Shown in pieces: positions 19,821 through 29,496 of a stretch of DNA of 64,000 nt; position 1 is the stretch's first letter, and the number at the start of each line of letters is the position of its first letter. The notes beneath the pieces are model-generated. The model made no database searches, was not told where the DNA came from, and worked only from the letters and a program-made list of their open reading frames with translations. The stretch comes from Terracidiphilus sp. (lineage in GTDB: Bacteria; Acidobacteriota; Terriglobia; Terriglobales; Acidobacteriaceae). The DNA is taken from positions 756 through 64,755 of the forward strand of contig DATNFD010000044.1 of NCBI GenBank assembly GCA_035606555.1. The letters are read 5' to 3'. Both the position numbers and the translations under genes were made by a program.

Positions 19821-19833
19821 CTAGATAATCTAG
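19821..19833. promoter_or_regulatory. Putative PadR operator CTAGA-TAA-TCTAG (imperfect second copy at 19898-19910)
   Basis: Perfect 5-bp inverted repeat with a 3-nt spacer, immediately upstream of the padR remnant. Confidence 0.6.
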
Positions 19834-20038
19834 AGGTATATGGAGGTCTCCTCGAGCTTGTCAAGATGAAAATAGACAATGCGCATTCACCATCCATCAA
19901 GTCTGTCTAGATTGGATCGGTGACGCAGGCAGCTTCTGGCAGATCTGGCCCCGGACGGTGGCAGTGGCAGTTCCCAGGGGCGCACTGGCTGCCCTATATT
20001 GATCTCTCATCGTTTAAGCACAGGAGATTGCTCCCGAA

Positions 20039-21319
20039 GTGCTTCTCGCCTTGCTCGGCATGCTCACCGTAGTCGGATTGATGGCTGCGATCCTCAGTAA
20101 GAGGGTTGCGCCCATAGTTGCGCTGACTGCGCTTCCTGTCGCTTCATCTCTGTGCGCCGGTTTCGGTCTTCAGACTGGAAAATTCATGCTCACCGGGATC
20201 GAAGCGATCGCTGGTGTAATCGGAATGTTCGTCTTCGCCATCCTTTTTTTCGGGGTGATCACCGACGCGGGGATGCTGCAACCGCTCATTGCCTGGCTGC
20301 TGCGCGTGGTCGGCCGCCGGCCGTCACGCATTGTTCCCGGTACGGCGCTGTTGGCATTGCTTGTACATCTCGACGGTTCGGGAGCCGTAACGTTCCTCGT
20401 GACGATTCCAGCGCTGCTGCCACTTTACGAGGAACTTGGAATTGATCGGCGCGTTTTGGCCTGCGTGGCGTCACTCGCTGCGGGCGTGAATTTTCTCCCC
20501 TGGACCGGACCCATGCTACGCTCCTCGGCCGCTCTACAGGTTCCAGTGTCGAAGATTTTTGTACCAATGATTGCGGTTCAGGCGGTCGGGCTTATCTTCG
20601 TATTCACCGCTGCCCTCCTGCTAGGCCGCCGCGAGGAGCGGCGCCTCGGAACCACGACAAGGCTCGACGGGAACACCTGTGTGGAACCCAAACCGAAACT
20701 GCCGGACAATTTCGCCTTCAACATTGTGGTGACTGTTATGGTTCTCGGCGCCATGATCAGTGGCAAAGCCGATCCAGTGGTCGTGTTCATGCTGGGCACC
20801 ATCGTCGTCCTGATGGTGAACTTCCGGGATGTCAATGCGCAGCAGGAACGCATCATCGCACACGCACCACCTGCAATCCTCATGGCCAGCATCCTCTTTG
20901 CCGCAGGAGCCTTCACCGGAATCATGAAGGGCACAGGTATGCTTAGCGCCATGGCGTCTGCCGCGGTCCAGCACGTTCCCCAGCACGGATTACGGCTGAT
21001 GCCGCTCGCTCTCGGTATCCTTTCTATGCCGCTCAGCCTGTTCTTCGACCCCGACTCGTTCTATTTCGGCGTGCTTCCCGTGCTTGCCGGGGCGGGGTCG
21101 CACGCTGGCATTCAGCCCATCACAATGGCGCAGGCGGCATTGTTGGGTATGCACACGACGGGGTTTCCGGTAAGTCCGCTCACTCCCGCAACGTACCTTG
21201 TGGTGGGGCTGTCAGGAATCACGCTAGCTCAGCACCAGCGTTACACGATGCCATTTCTGTTCGGCGCATCGCTGCTGATGACCGCTGCCGCGCTGGCTTT
21301 GAGAGTGATCCCTCTGTAA
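20039..21319 (+). CDS. CitMHS-family citrate/carboxylate:H+ symporter
   Basis: [39 protein letters not shown] and [10 protein letters not shown]; many TM helices; AGGAG RBS. Confidence 0.88.
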   Translation: MLLALLGMLTVVGLMAAILSKRVAPIVALTALPVASSLCAGFGLQTGKFMLTGIEAIAGVIGMFVFAILFFGVITDAGMLQPLIAWLLRVVGRRPSRIVPGTALLALLVHLDGSGAVTFLVTIPALLPLYEELGIDRRVLACVASLAAGVNFLPWTGPMLRSSAALQVPVSKIFVPMIAVQAVGLIFVFTAALLLGRREERRLGTTTRLDGNTCVEPKPKLPDNFAFNIVVTVMVLGAMISGKADPVVVFMLGTIVVLMVNFRDVNAQQERIIAHAPPAILMASILFAAGAFTGIMKGTGMLSAMASAAVQHVPQHGLRLMPLALGILSMPLSLFFDPDSFYFGVLPVLAGAGSHAGIQPITMAQAALLGMHTTGFPVSPLTPATYLVVGLSGITLAQHQRYTMPFLFGASLLMTAAALALRVIPL

Positions 21320-21334
21320 TCACGGAGAAGCGAT

Positions 21335-22666
21335 TTGAAGACTATACGAATCGGGTGCGGAGCGGGATATTCGGGTGACAGGATCGATCCTGCGGTCGAG
21401 ATCGCGGCAAAAGGCAGGCTTGAATATCTCGTGTTCGAATGTCTTGCCGAGCGTACCATCGCCCTGGCACAGAGGGCGCGCCTCGCGAATCCAAACGGCG
21501 GGTTCGATCCACTTCTCCAAGAGCGCATGGAAGCCGTGTTGCCGATCTGCGCTGCGGGCGGAATTCGCATTATCACCAATATGGGTGCTGCCAATCCGCT
21601 TGCAGCCGCTGCCCTGACGCGCGATATCGCAGGTCGCCTTGGTTTACGAGGGCTTCGAATCGCCGCCATCACGGGCGATGATGTGCTTGCCTCCATGCGT
21701 GGCGGCGACCTCATCATCAACTCTCTCGAAGGAGACATGCCGGATCCACAAAGCTGGGTATCCGCCAACGCGTATCTTGGAGTGGCACCGCTTCTCGATG
21801 CACTAGGTGCTCGTGCAGACATCATCATTACTGGGCGCATTGCCGATCCCGCGCTGTTTCTCGCACCCATGATTCACGAATTTGGATGGGCGCTCGACGA
21901 CTGGGATGCTCTCGGTCAGGGAACTGTCGTCGGGCATCTGCTGGAGTGTGCAGGCCAGCTGACAGGCGGCTATTTCGCCGATCCGGGCTACAAGGACGTA
22001 CCGAATCTGGCGAATCTAGGATTCCCGCTCGCCGAGGTCGGCGAGAATGGCTCGGCCGTGTTCACAAAGGTGGAGTGTTCAGGCGGTCTACTCAATCGCT
22101 CGACCTGCACCGAGCAGCTTCTCTATGAAATTCAGGATCCAGCCGCGTACTACACCCCTGACGTCATCGCGGATTTCTCTCATATCTCGATCGAAGAAAG
22201 CGGTCAGGACCGTGTGCGAGTGCTCGGGGGCCGAGGCCGTGCGCGCCCTAGCACCCTGAAGGTATCTCTCGGCTACCATGACGGGTTCATCGGCGAAGGG
22301 CAAATCTCCTATGCCGGTCCCAATGCGGTGCGTCGTGCCGAACTCGCCCGCGATGTGCTTGTGGAGCGCCTCCGCCATGCCGGCTTCTCCGAACTGCGTT
22401 TCGATCTTGTCGGCCTGAATTCCATTTACGGTTCGACCCTTTCGGCAAATGCTCCCGCACCATACGAGGTGCGCCTGCGTGCCACCGGTCGGGCGGCTTC
22501 GCAGAGGCTGGCAACTCGTATTGCCAGAGAAGTTGAAGCGCTATACACGAACGGCCCGGCTGCGGGCGGAGGGGCCGCAGGATCGACAAAAGAAGTCATC
22601 GCAATTCACTCTGCGCTGATCCCACGCGATGCAATTACCCATATTGTTCACTACGAGGAGTCTTGA
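21335..22666 (+). CDS. AtuA-family (DUF1446) protein
   Basis: IRIGCGAGYSGDR, FECLAERT, ITNMGAANP, GHLLECAGQLTGG, EQLLYEIQDP and LYTNGPAAGGG. Confidence 0.9.
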   Translation: MKTIRIGCGAGYSGDRIDPAVEIAAKGRLEYLVFECLAERTIALAQRARLANPNGGFDPLLQERMEAVLPICAAGGIRIITNMGAANPLAAAALTRDIAGRLGLRGLRIAAITGDDVLASMRGGDLIINSLEGDMPDPQSWVSANAYLGVAPLLDALGARADIIITGRIADPALFLAPMIHEFGWALDDWDALGQGTVVGHLLECAGQLTGGYFADPGYKDVPNLANLGFPLAEVGENGSAVFTKVECSGGLLNRSTCTEQLLYEIQDPAAYYTPDVIADFSHISIEESGQDRVRVLGGRGRARPSTLKVSLGYHDGFIGEGQISYAGPNAVRRAELARDVLVERLRHAGFSELRFDLVGLNSIYGSTLSANAPAPYEVRLRATGRAASQRLATRIAREVEALYTNGPAAGGGAAGSTKEVIAIHSALIPRDAITHIVHYEES

Positions 22667-22667
22667 C

Positions 22668-22967
22668 GTGCGCTTAACTGAGATTGCCCATGCTCGCGCC
22701 GGCGACAAGGGGAACATTGTCACGCTATCCCTGATTGCATACAGGAGCGCGGACTATGCGCTTCTCGAGCAACATGTAACGGCGGAACGGGTGGAACGAC
22801 ATTTTGCCGAAATCCTTGAAGGCCCAGTCTCGCGCTATGAACTTCCACAGCTTGGCGCGCTAAACTTCATCCTTCGCCGAAAGCAGCAATACGGCGTGAC
22901 GCGGTCGTTAGCTCTCGACGCACATGGGAAGTGCCTCTCCTCAGCGCTTCTCGCGATCGAACTGTAG
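22668..22967 (+). CDS. AtuA-related small protein (stand-alone AtuA C-terminal domain)
   Basis: IAHARAGDKGN, RYELPQLGALNF and SLALDAHGKCLS. GAGGAG RBS before GTG 22668. Confidence 0.85.
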   Translation: MRLTEIAHARAGDKGNIVTLSLIAYRSADYALLEQHVTAERVERHFAEILEGPVSRYELPQLGALNFILRRKQQYGVTRSLALDAHGKCLSSALLAIEL

Positions 22968-23232
22968 CCGGGAACAGGGAGACGGTGCGGTTGAGACTGC
23001 ACTCGAAGAAGTAGTTGTTCATGGACAGCTTGTGCTCGCCAGTGAAAGTGTCTAATTGAGGCCGTGCCGCACGAATCAATTGAAACGATCGTGAAGTTGG
23101 CGACACCATAAATGTGACAAAGGAAAGACAACCTGTCATCGCATCATTCGTTATGCTGTCTCAGCTAGAGCGAGAGAAGACAAGAACCGCACGCACGCTA
23201 TCTTATTTGACCCCGAGGTAAACACCTTCTAA

Positions 23233-24393
23233 ATGGAAGACATTGTGCAGGTAGTTGGCGCAATCGCCAAAACTGCGGGCGAGATCGGCATGACCCGCGA
23301 TGATCTGGGCAAAGCCAAAGATCTTCTGCAGAAGTTTGGGGATGAACGGGATCGTCTGTTTGACGGCATGCTCTCTCTACTTAGCAATCCTGGTGCCGAT
23401 GGCGCGATCGACGAATGGAAGAGCACTTGCGAGAAAGCAAGCGAGCTTCTCGATGATCTCAACAGCTCCATTCCAACTTCTCCTTCCGGTGAAGGGCTGA
23501 CGGGTATAGGCGCACGCGAATTTTATGAAGGTGAGAAAAAGGTGTGGGCGGAGAACGGCAAGGGGCAGATCGCCCTCGTATCCGACGTCCTCGTCAAGGT
23601 GAAAGCGGCGAACACCGGGCTCATTCAACAATCGAATGAAGACTTGAAGACAATCCGCAACAGCAGCGCGGAAGGGCAATCCACTCTCAATGAGAACCTT
23701 GAGGCTGTCAAAGCGGAACTCCTTGAGTTCGCAAATGTTCTTGCTTCGAAAACTGGAGATAAAACGCTCACTGCATGGATGAAAGATGGCGGAGCAAAAG
23801 AGTATATGAAGACTTGGAAGGATGGAGTTGCCCAAAGAACAGAAAGCAACTTCGCGGTTGCGCAGCAGAAAGGCCAGCTGAAGAAGCAGCTTCTTGAGAA
23901 AATCGAAACGCTCAACGGCGCTCGCGAGCAGTTGGACGAGAAGTGGATTGAGGAGATGTACAAGTCCGGTGAGGAGTGCGTCAAATCTCTGCCCAGTTCC
24001 GGCGAGACTGGAGACTACAGAGCGCTCGATTGGGTGCGGTTCGGAGAGGAATGCCTCGAGTCTCTCGGCGAAAGCCGTGATGCCGCTACGGAACAAGCGA
24101 AGTCGCTCTTCGACGAAGTGCTACCGAGTTTTCAAGAGGAGAACGACACCAGGTATTCGGCGCTGACCGATGATCCCTCAAAGATGTCCGATTGGATAAG
24201 CGAGTTGCGCGATAGGCAAGAAGCGATTCAGGAAACGCTTGCTGCTGAAGATGAAGTAATCAAGGACCTTGCGGAGGGTCCGTACCAAGATGCTGCGCGA
24301 GAGACTTTCGATGAAGTTCGATCCACGTTCATCGAAGGTATGAAAGACCTGTTCGACAAAACGAAAGATGCTGAAGACCAATTGAGGGTGTGA
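23233..24393 (+). CDS. Hypothetical acidic all-helical protein (386 aa), first gene of an unknown operon
   Basis: Long ORF with GAGGT upstream and amphipathic helical periodicity. No signal peptide or TM segment. Confidence 0.85.
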   Translation: MEDIVQVVGAIAKTAGEIGMTRDDLGKAKDLLQKFGDERDRLFDGMLSLLSNPGADGAIDEWKSTCEKASELLDDLNSSIPTSPSGEGLTGIGAREFYEGEKKVWAENGKGQIALVSDVLVKVKAANTGLIQQSNEDLKTIRNSSAEGQSTLNENLEAVKAELLEFANVLASKTGDKTLTAWMKDGGAKEYMKTWKDGVAQRTESNFAVAQQKGQLKKQLLEKIETLNGAREQLDEKWIEEMYKSGEECVKSLPSSGETGDYRALDWVRFGEECLESLGESRDAATEQAKSLFDEVLPSFQEENDTRYSALTDDPSKMSDWISELRDRQEAIQETLAAEDEVIKDLAEGPYQDAARETFDEVRSTFIEGMKDLFDKTKDAEDQLRV

Positions 24394-24394
24394 C

Positions 24395-27300
24395 ATGGCT
24401 GATTCGCATGTTGACTGGTTTGTTGCCGAAGGCAGCGTGTCTGGGGACGGATCACGCGAGAGACCTTTTCACGATCTCTGGCTTGCACTGCGCAGCGCTG
24501 GACCAGGCGACGTGATCCACATTGCTGCGGGCACCTATTACGGCCGTTACGATCGCTCTTCATGGGAAATAGATTGTCCAAACCTCGAAATCAGGGGCGG
24601 ATATAGCCATGACTTCTTAAGGCGCACCCCGTGGCAGACACCATGTGTATTTGCCGCGTACGCCGGGTATGAAGCCACTCGTGAAAACAATCTCGTCAGC
24701 GGCCGCGACGATCATTCCGGACTTGTGCTGGACGGGCTCTTCTTCGATGCTTCAGGCCGAAACTCATACGGAGACGAGCCCGTTGAAGAGCTCAGATCCT
24801 ATCCGCAGATGGATGGGCCGATTGCATCATTCAATGGCAAACAGGTCACGATCAAAAACTGTGTCTTCGCCAACAGCACAGCTGGCGGGGTGGAGATGTC
24901 CGGAGATGGTTCTCGGTTCGAAAACAACATTGTGATCAATACGGTTGGGCTCGGAATGCTTGATCTGCGCAGTGCAATGGAGCAGAGCCAGCCCATCACG
25001 GTGGTGAGCAATACTTTCTGTTTCGCACATGATCCGGGACCGCCCTCTGGCACCGGCGTGGACCAGGCGATCGGAGTGCGCGTGAATCGCCCCTGCGTGA
25101 TTCAGGACAACATCTTCATCTCCTGCGGCAACGCGGCAATTTCACTTTACCGTGATCCCGATCGAGTCTCCGTCGATCGGAACCTGTTCTTCCTGACTCC
25201 CCGCGACATAGCGATCAGCCGTGCTGGAGGAAGTACTGCGGACATAACGGAGGCCAATATCGATGAACTCGAAGATCTCGGCTTCAAATCCGCATCGGCA
25301 AATATCGTTCAGGATGCTGGTATTTCAGGGCTGAAGAAAGACTGGCTCGATGCATACACGCGGCATCTGCTGGCCAACTACGTCAAGCCGCCATACCCAG
25401 CCGCGAACCTCGTCCGCAAGACCGCCGGGCTTTCAGAGCTTGCCCCCACCGACTTCCAGAAAGAGGAAGACAAGGGAGCTTTCGCCCCGCGAATGACTCC
25501 GGCGGATGTGCTGGAGTTGCGTATGAACGCAAAGCAAGGTGTTCATCCCTCGGAACTGAAGGTGGATATCGGACCGCCTCCGGCTCGGGAGGTGCGCACC
25601 TATCGTTCGATTGGCTGGGAAGTGATCGACAGCCCAGACCATTCATTGGCAAACCAGCGGGTAGAGCTGCACGTGGGTCTTGGTTATGAGCAGAATGCCA
25701 GCCTTCTGTCTGATGCAACGCCAGAGACTCATATGGGCATTCGAGTTTACAGGCCGGGAACAGATGATGGTTCGATCTTCGTTCTTGCGAAGCGTCATAC
25801 GCTTCCCACTCGCCAGTTCGAGGACGCGATCAAATCCAATAACGGGCGAGAAGTTGAAATCACCTATCTGATTCGGGGGATCTACCGCACGGATGTCGAT
25901 CCGCCAACCTCGCGACAAAAGGTCACGATAATTGTCGAATTTATAGCTCCTGGACCGGCGTTCGCTCCAGCACTGCCGGAAAGGCCGAAAGGAAGAGACT
26001 GGTTCGTAAGAGCAGGCGCCACGGGCGGAGATGGCTCACGTGAGAAGCCGTTCCGCGATCCCTTTCAGGCACTGGAAAAAGCAGAAGGCGGAGACAGCAT
26101 CCATGTCACTACAGGCGCGTATGTCGGAAAGCTTCGTTCAGGGAAATGGAAGATCCTTGTTCGCAACCTCACGATGCTCGGGGGATACGATGCGGATTTT
26201 GCGTCACGCGATCCCTGGATAAACCCGACTCGGTTTGTTCTGGATGCTGACGAGCGGGCGAAGGGCATTCCAGATGGAACCATTCTTGGCTCGGAGGAGA
26301 ATAGCGACGGCCTAGTTCTCGACGGATTCATTTTCGATGGCGCAACTTACAACGCCTATACCAAAACAGGCGCCCTGGATGTTGCCAATTCTCCGTCTGC
26401 TTCTCTCGTAGATCTCCGTGGAGGGCGCGCGCCGGTTACCGTCCGCAATTGCGTCTTTCTAAATGCATCAGGAACTGCCATCAACATCGCCTGTCCTTCT
26501 GGCGTCTTCGAGAACAATCTCCTTTTAAACACCAGTGGTTCGTCGTTGAAGATCCGCGCGGACGGGCCCGGGCCCTGGACAGTACGCAATAACACTCTAC
26601 TCTTTGCATGCGATCCTACCGCTCGCGCCGGCACGGGCCAATCAAGTTCTGAAGGTACACTGTTTCAGCTCAACGGGCGTGCAGTGGCGGAGGTGAATTC
26701 CAACATCTTCGCTTTCGCAGATAATTTCGGTGTGTGTTCCACCATCACGCAGTCAAATCTGTCCTACGACCGCAATGTATTCGCGGCGATTCTGCATATC
26801 TATCTCACGGACACGCAATATCTGTGGGCAGACAGAGCTAGCTGGGAGCGCCGAGCCGTCGCAGACTCCAGTTTTGCCTCGTGCGGCGGTAACACCCTCC
26901 AGTTACCCAAGCTATCGGTCGATCCAGCATTTGCGGACGCTGCCTTGACTCGGTTGTTCGCGCTTCAATCGCGGATCTCGGCGGAAGAGTGGAAGGCAGT
27001 CGCGTCGCAGATCGGCGCGACCGTGCAACCACCCAGCGCAAACACCACGCCTGTGCAGGAGACTGCCAAACCGGCTCCGACAACATCAAGTGGTTCCGGT
27101 CCATCGTCTCTGAACGACCTGCTTGCCAGTCTCAGCAGCATGAAGACGCAGATCAAGGAGATCGCATCGACCAAGCCGGCAGCGATTGTCGATCCCGTGT
27201 ACTGTCCTGCGTCTGGCTGGCAGAAGGCGCTCGCTCTGGTCCAGGACGGTGCGGCCGGCCAAGGTGCTCGACGGATTAAGCTAACCGTTACCTTCTCCGA

Positions 27301-27667
27301 TCCAGCAGCGCGGCCTACCCTGAGCTACACGCCGGTCAATGTGCAGACGATCGATGCAGATCACACCGCTCTGGACAACAAGCCGGTTGATGTCGTCGTA
27401 ACGGAAGCGCGCGCTTCAGCCGGGAATCTCTCAGGCTTTCCGAGCGGGGTTAACGCCGACGACTACGCCGGCTACAGCGTGAGCACGCCAGGTGACGCAA
27501 CCCGTACGCGTCTCATCATTCTGGTGCGACTCGATACAGCTGCCAGCAAGCTCCTCGACCGCACTGTTCCTACCGACAAGCTTCGAATTCGCGGTATCGC
27601 ACTTATACCGGCAGATCCTAACGCGCTCTCAATCGTGGTCGACTCCGCCGAAGGGGTGGAAAACTGA
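24395..27667 (+). CDS. Tandem-duplicated DUF1565 / right-handed beta-helix protein (1090 aa)
   Basis: Two copies of WFV...GDGSRE(R/K)PF.D...AL..A..GD.IH...G.Y.G, each followed by Asn-ladder repeats (IKNCVFAN, FENNIVIN; VRNCVFLN, FENNLLLN). Confidence 0.85.
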   Translation: MADSHVDWFVAEGSVSGDGSRERPFHDLWLALRSAGPGDVIHIAAGTYYGRYDRSSWEIDCPNLEIRGGYSHDFLRRTPWQTPCVFAAYAGYEATRENNLVSGRDDHSGLVLDGLFFDASGRNSYGDEPVEELRSYPQMDGPIASFNGKQVTIKNCVFANSTAGGVEMSGDGSRFENNIVINTVGLGMLDLRSAMEQSQPITVVSNTFCFAHDPGPPSGTGVDQAIGVRVNRPCVIQDNIFISCGNAAISLYRDPDRVSVDRNLFFLTPRDIAISRAGGSTADITEANIDELEDLGFKSASANIVQDAGISGLKKDWLDAYTRHLLANYVKPPYPAANLVRKTAGLSELAPTDFQKEEDKGAFAPRMTPADVLELRMNAKQGVHPSELKVDIGPPPAREVRTYRSIGWEVIDSPDHSLANQRVELHVGLGYEQNASLLSDATPETHMGIRVYRPGTDDGSIFVLAKRHTLPTRQFEDAIKSNNGREVEITYLIRGIYRTDVDPPTSRQKVTIIVEFIAPGPAFAPALPERPKGRDWFVRAGATGGDGSREKPFRDPFQALEKAEGGDSIHVTTGAYVGKLRSGKWKILVRNLTMLGGYDADFASRDPWINPTRFVLDADERAKGIPDGTILGSEENSDGLVLDGFIFDGATYNAYTKTGALDVANSPSASLVDLRGGRAPVTVRNCVFLNASGTAINIACPSGVFENNLLLNTSGSSLKIRADGPGPWTVRNNTLLFACDPTARAGTGQSSSEGTLFQLNGRAVAEVNSNIFAFADNFGVCSTITQSNLSYDRNVFAAILHIYLTDTQYLWADRASWERRAVADSSFASCGGNTLQLPKLSVDPAFADAALTRLFALQSRISAEEWKAVASQIGATVQPPSANTTPVQETAKPAPTTSSGSGPSSLNDLLASLSSMKTQIKEIASTKPAAIVDPVYCPASGWQKALALVQDGAAGQGARRIKLTVTFSDPAARPTLSYTPVNVQTIDADHTALDNKPVDVVVTEARASAGNLSGFPSGVNADDYAGYSVSTPGDATRTRLIILVRLDTAASKLLDRTVPTDKLRIRGIALIPADPNALSIVVDSAEGVEN

Positions 27668-27755
27668 TCCGCGCTTTCTGAATGAATCAAAAAACTGCAC
27701 GCCATCGAGACACGCACGGCTTGTGACCGGTGGCATGATTTGCTGAGGAGAGACT

Positions 27756-29237
27756 ATGTCCAGCACCTATGGAAATCGCATATCTGAGTTGAACGATCTG
27801 CTTTCGCGGATTCCCGCCGCTGCCAACGACACCATCAATCAGAACTTCACTTCGCTCGTGAAACAGTATGCAGATTTGCGCCAAAGCGGGATGAATGACT
27901 TGCTGGACATCATGGCAAAAGCGAGCGCTTCTAATCTCGGGACCCAATCAAAATGGCAGGCACGAATCACGCGTCTTCGATCTGACTATAAGGACCTGTT
28001 TGCGAGAGCCTCAAGCGATGTGATGCTGCCTCCAGCACATCAGCTGTTCTGGTCGAGCAACTTTGACGCCGAGGAGAGATTCTTCAATGCGCTGTCGACC
28101 ATTCCTACGCCGCAGCGGATCGACGATCTGTTGCAGCACCAGGACAACCTCTCCAAGCTGTTCGGAGCCCTGCAGGATACCTGGACGTTTTTGCTCTCGC
28201 AGAATGAGGGTATGAAGACGGACGAGATGAGGACAATGGATGATCTCGACAAGATGGTGCAGGAAGTCCTCTCTGAGATGGACGATTACTGGAGCAAGAC
28301 GCTGGACAACTCCCAGCGGGTAGCTGACGCAATCGCGAGAAAGATGGATCAGTTGAAGTCGGGTTTGAGATCGTTTCTCGGAGAGAAGCTGAGCGCAGTA
28401 GGAGCAGCGATTGTCGAGATAGTGAAGAAGTGGTTCATAGACGAAAACATCAAGCCTGATGGAACACCAGATGACATTGACGGACCGGCCGAGGCCGTCC
28501 TGGAACAACTGAAACTTATGGCGGAAGCTGCTGCCGAGAAGGCGCGCAAGTACCGCGAAACTGTTCACTCCTATCAGGAGCTGGTGAGTAAACAGAAGGG
28601 AAGCGTACTTACCATGTTCAACAAGACAAGGCAGGACGTCGATCAATTCCTCCGCTCCAACGGCATTGCCCAGGCGCAAAGCTTCCTCGATCAGGCGAAG
28701 GCCGGCCTCGATAGCTGGGTCTCAAGCTTGCCAACCTCACGGCAACGAGATGATGGGTCTGCCTTCCGCGACGACATCAATCGAACGCTCGACCTCGTGT
28801 TCAGGCGTACGAAAGATCTGGACGACCAATTCAAATCCAGGTTCCAGGGCGCGCTTCTGTCGCCTCTCAGCAATGAGACTATCGAGACGTTATCGCAGCA
28901 GCACCTGTTTAAAGAACTCTTAGACAAAATCAAAGACAGAGATCTGCCGGAAAAGCTCGCCAACATCCAGGAGGAATTGCCCGAGCAGGTCATCAAGATT
29001 GATGACAAACTTCGCGAACTGGTGGAGTCTGTTTCGGGAATGAGCGAGTTGCCTGACGAAGCGAGAGAGGTTGCTCAGGAGATGACGGGCGGGTTTCGTG
29101 ACTACCTGCGCGATCGCATCAAGTCACAGGTCGAAATGTTGCTTCCGATCATCGATGAACTGAAGAAGGAGATGATCCCTGCCAGCCTTGATCAGGATCT
29201 CAATCGCGAGGAACTCGAGAATATGCTTGGATCCTGA
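27756..29237 (+). CDS. Hypothetical all-helical protein (493 aa), probable distant paralogue of 23233-24393
   Basis: GAGGAG RBS, coiled-coil-like periodicity and colinear motif matches to the 386-aa protein. Confidence 0.85.
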   Translation: MSSTYGNRISELNDLLSRIPAAANDTINQNFTSLVKQYADLRQSGMNDLLDIMAKASASNLGTQSKWQARITRLRSDYKDLFARASSDVMLPPAHQLFWSSNFDAEERFFNALSTIPTPQRIDDLLQHQDNLSKLFGALQDTWTFLLSQNEGMKTDEMRTMDDLDKMVQEVLSEMDDYWSKTLDNSQRVADAIARKMDQLKSGLRSFLGEKLSAVGAAIVEIVKKWFIDENIKPDGTPDDIDGPAEAVLEQLKLMAEAAAEKARKYRETVHSYQELVSKQKGSVLTMFNKTRQDVDQFLRSNGIAQAQSFLDQAKAGLDSWVSSLPTSRQRDDGSAFRDDINRTLDLVFRRTKDLDDQFKSRFQGALLSPLSNETIETLSQQHLFKELLDKIKDRDLPEKLANIQEELPEQVIKIDDKLRELVESVSGMSELPDEAREVAQEMTGGFRDYLRDRIKSQVEMLLPIIDELKKEMIPASLDQDLNREELENMLGS

Positions 29238-29496
29238 GCCCACGCGGTTCTTCACCTTCATGCCGCACTATTGCGCTTACCTTGCATAGAGAGGTTCCAG
29301 CGCTCTCTGTATCGGCTTTGATCATGTTGTGTGGCCTCCATGCTACCGATGTCTCTACAGCCAGAAGCCGGTTTGTGGCCTCGGCTTCCACTTCGATAAT
29401 TGAACAGAAGTCCCTTGCGAAGCGTGGATATCCCGGTACCAATTTGGAAGTGCGTCGGTTACACGGTACTCAGGGTGAATCTCACCTATGTTGCGA

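Noticed and set aside
22975-23139. Minus-strand stretch reading TFTGEHKLSMNNYFFECS, coding-like
   Set aside because: May be a gene remnant, but I cannot assign a family and the ORF overlaps the AtuA-related gene. Needs tBLASTn.
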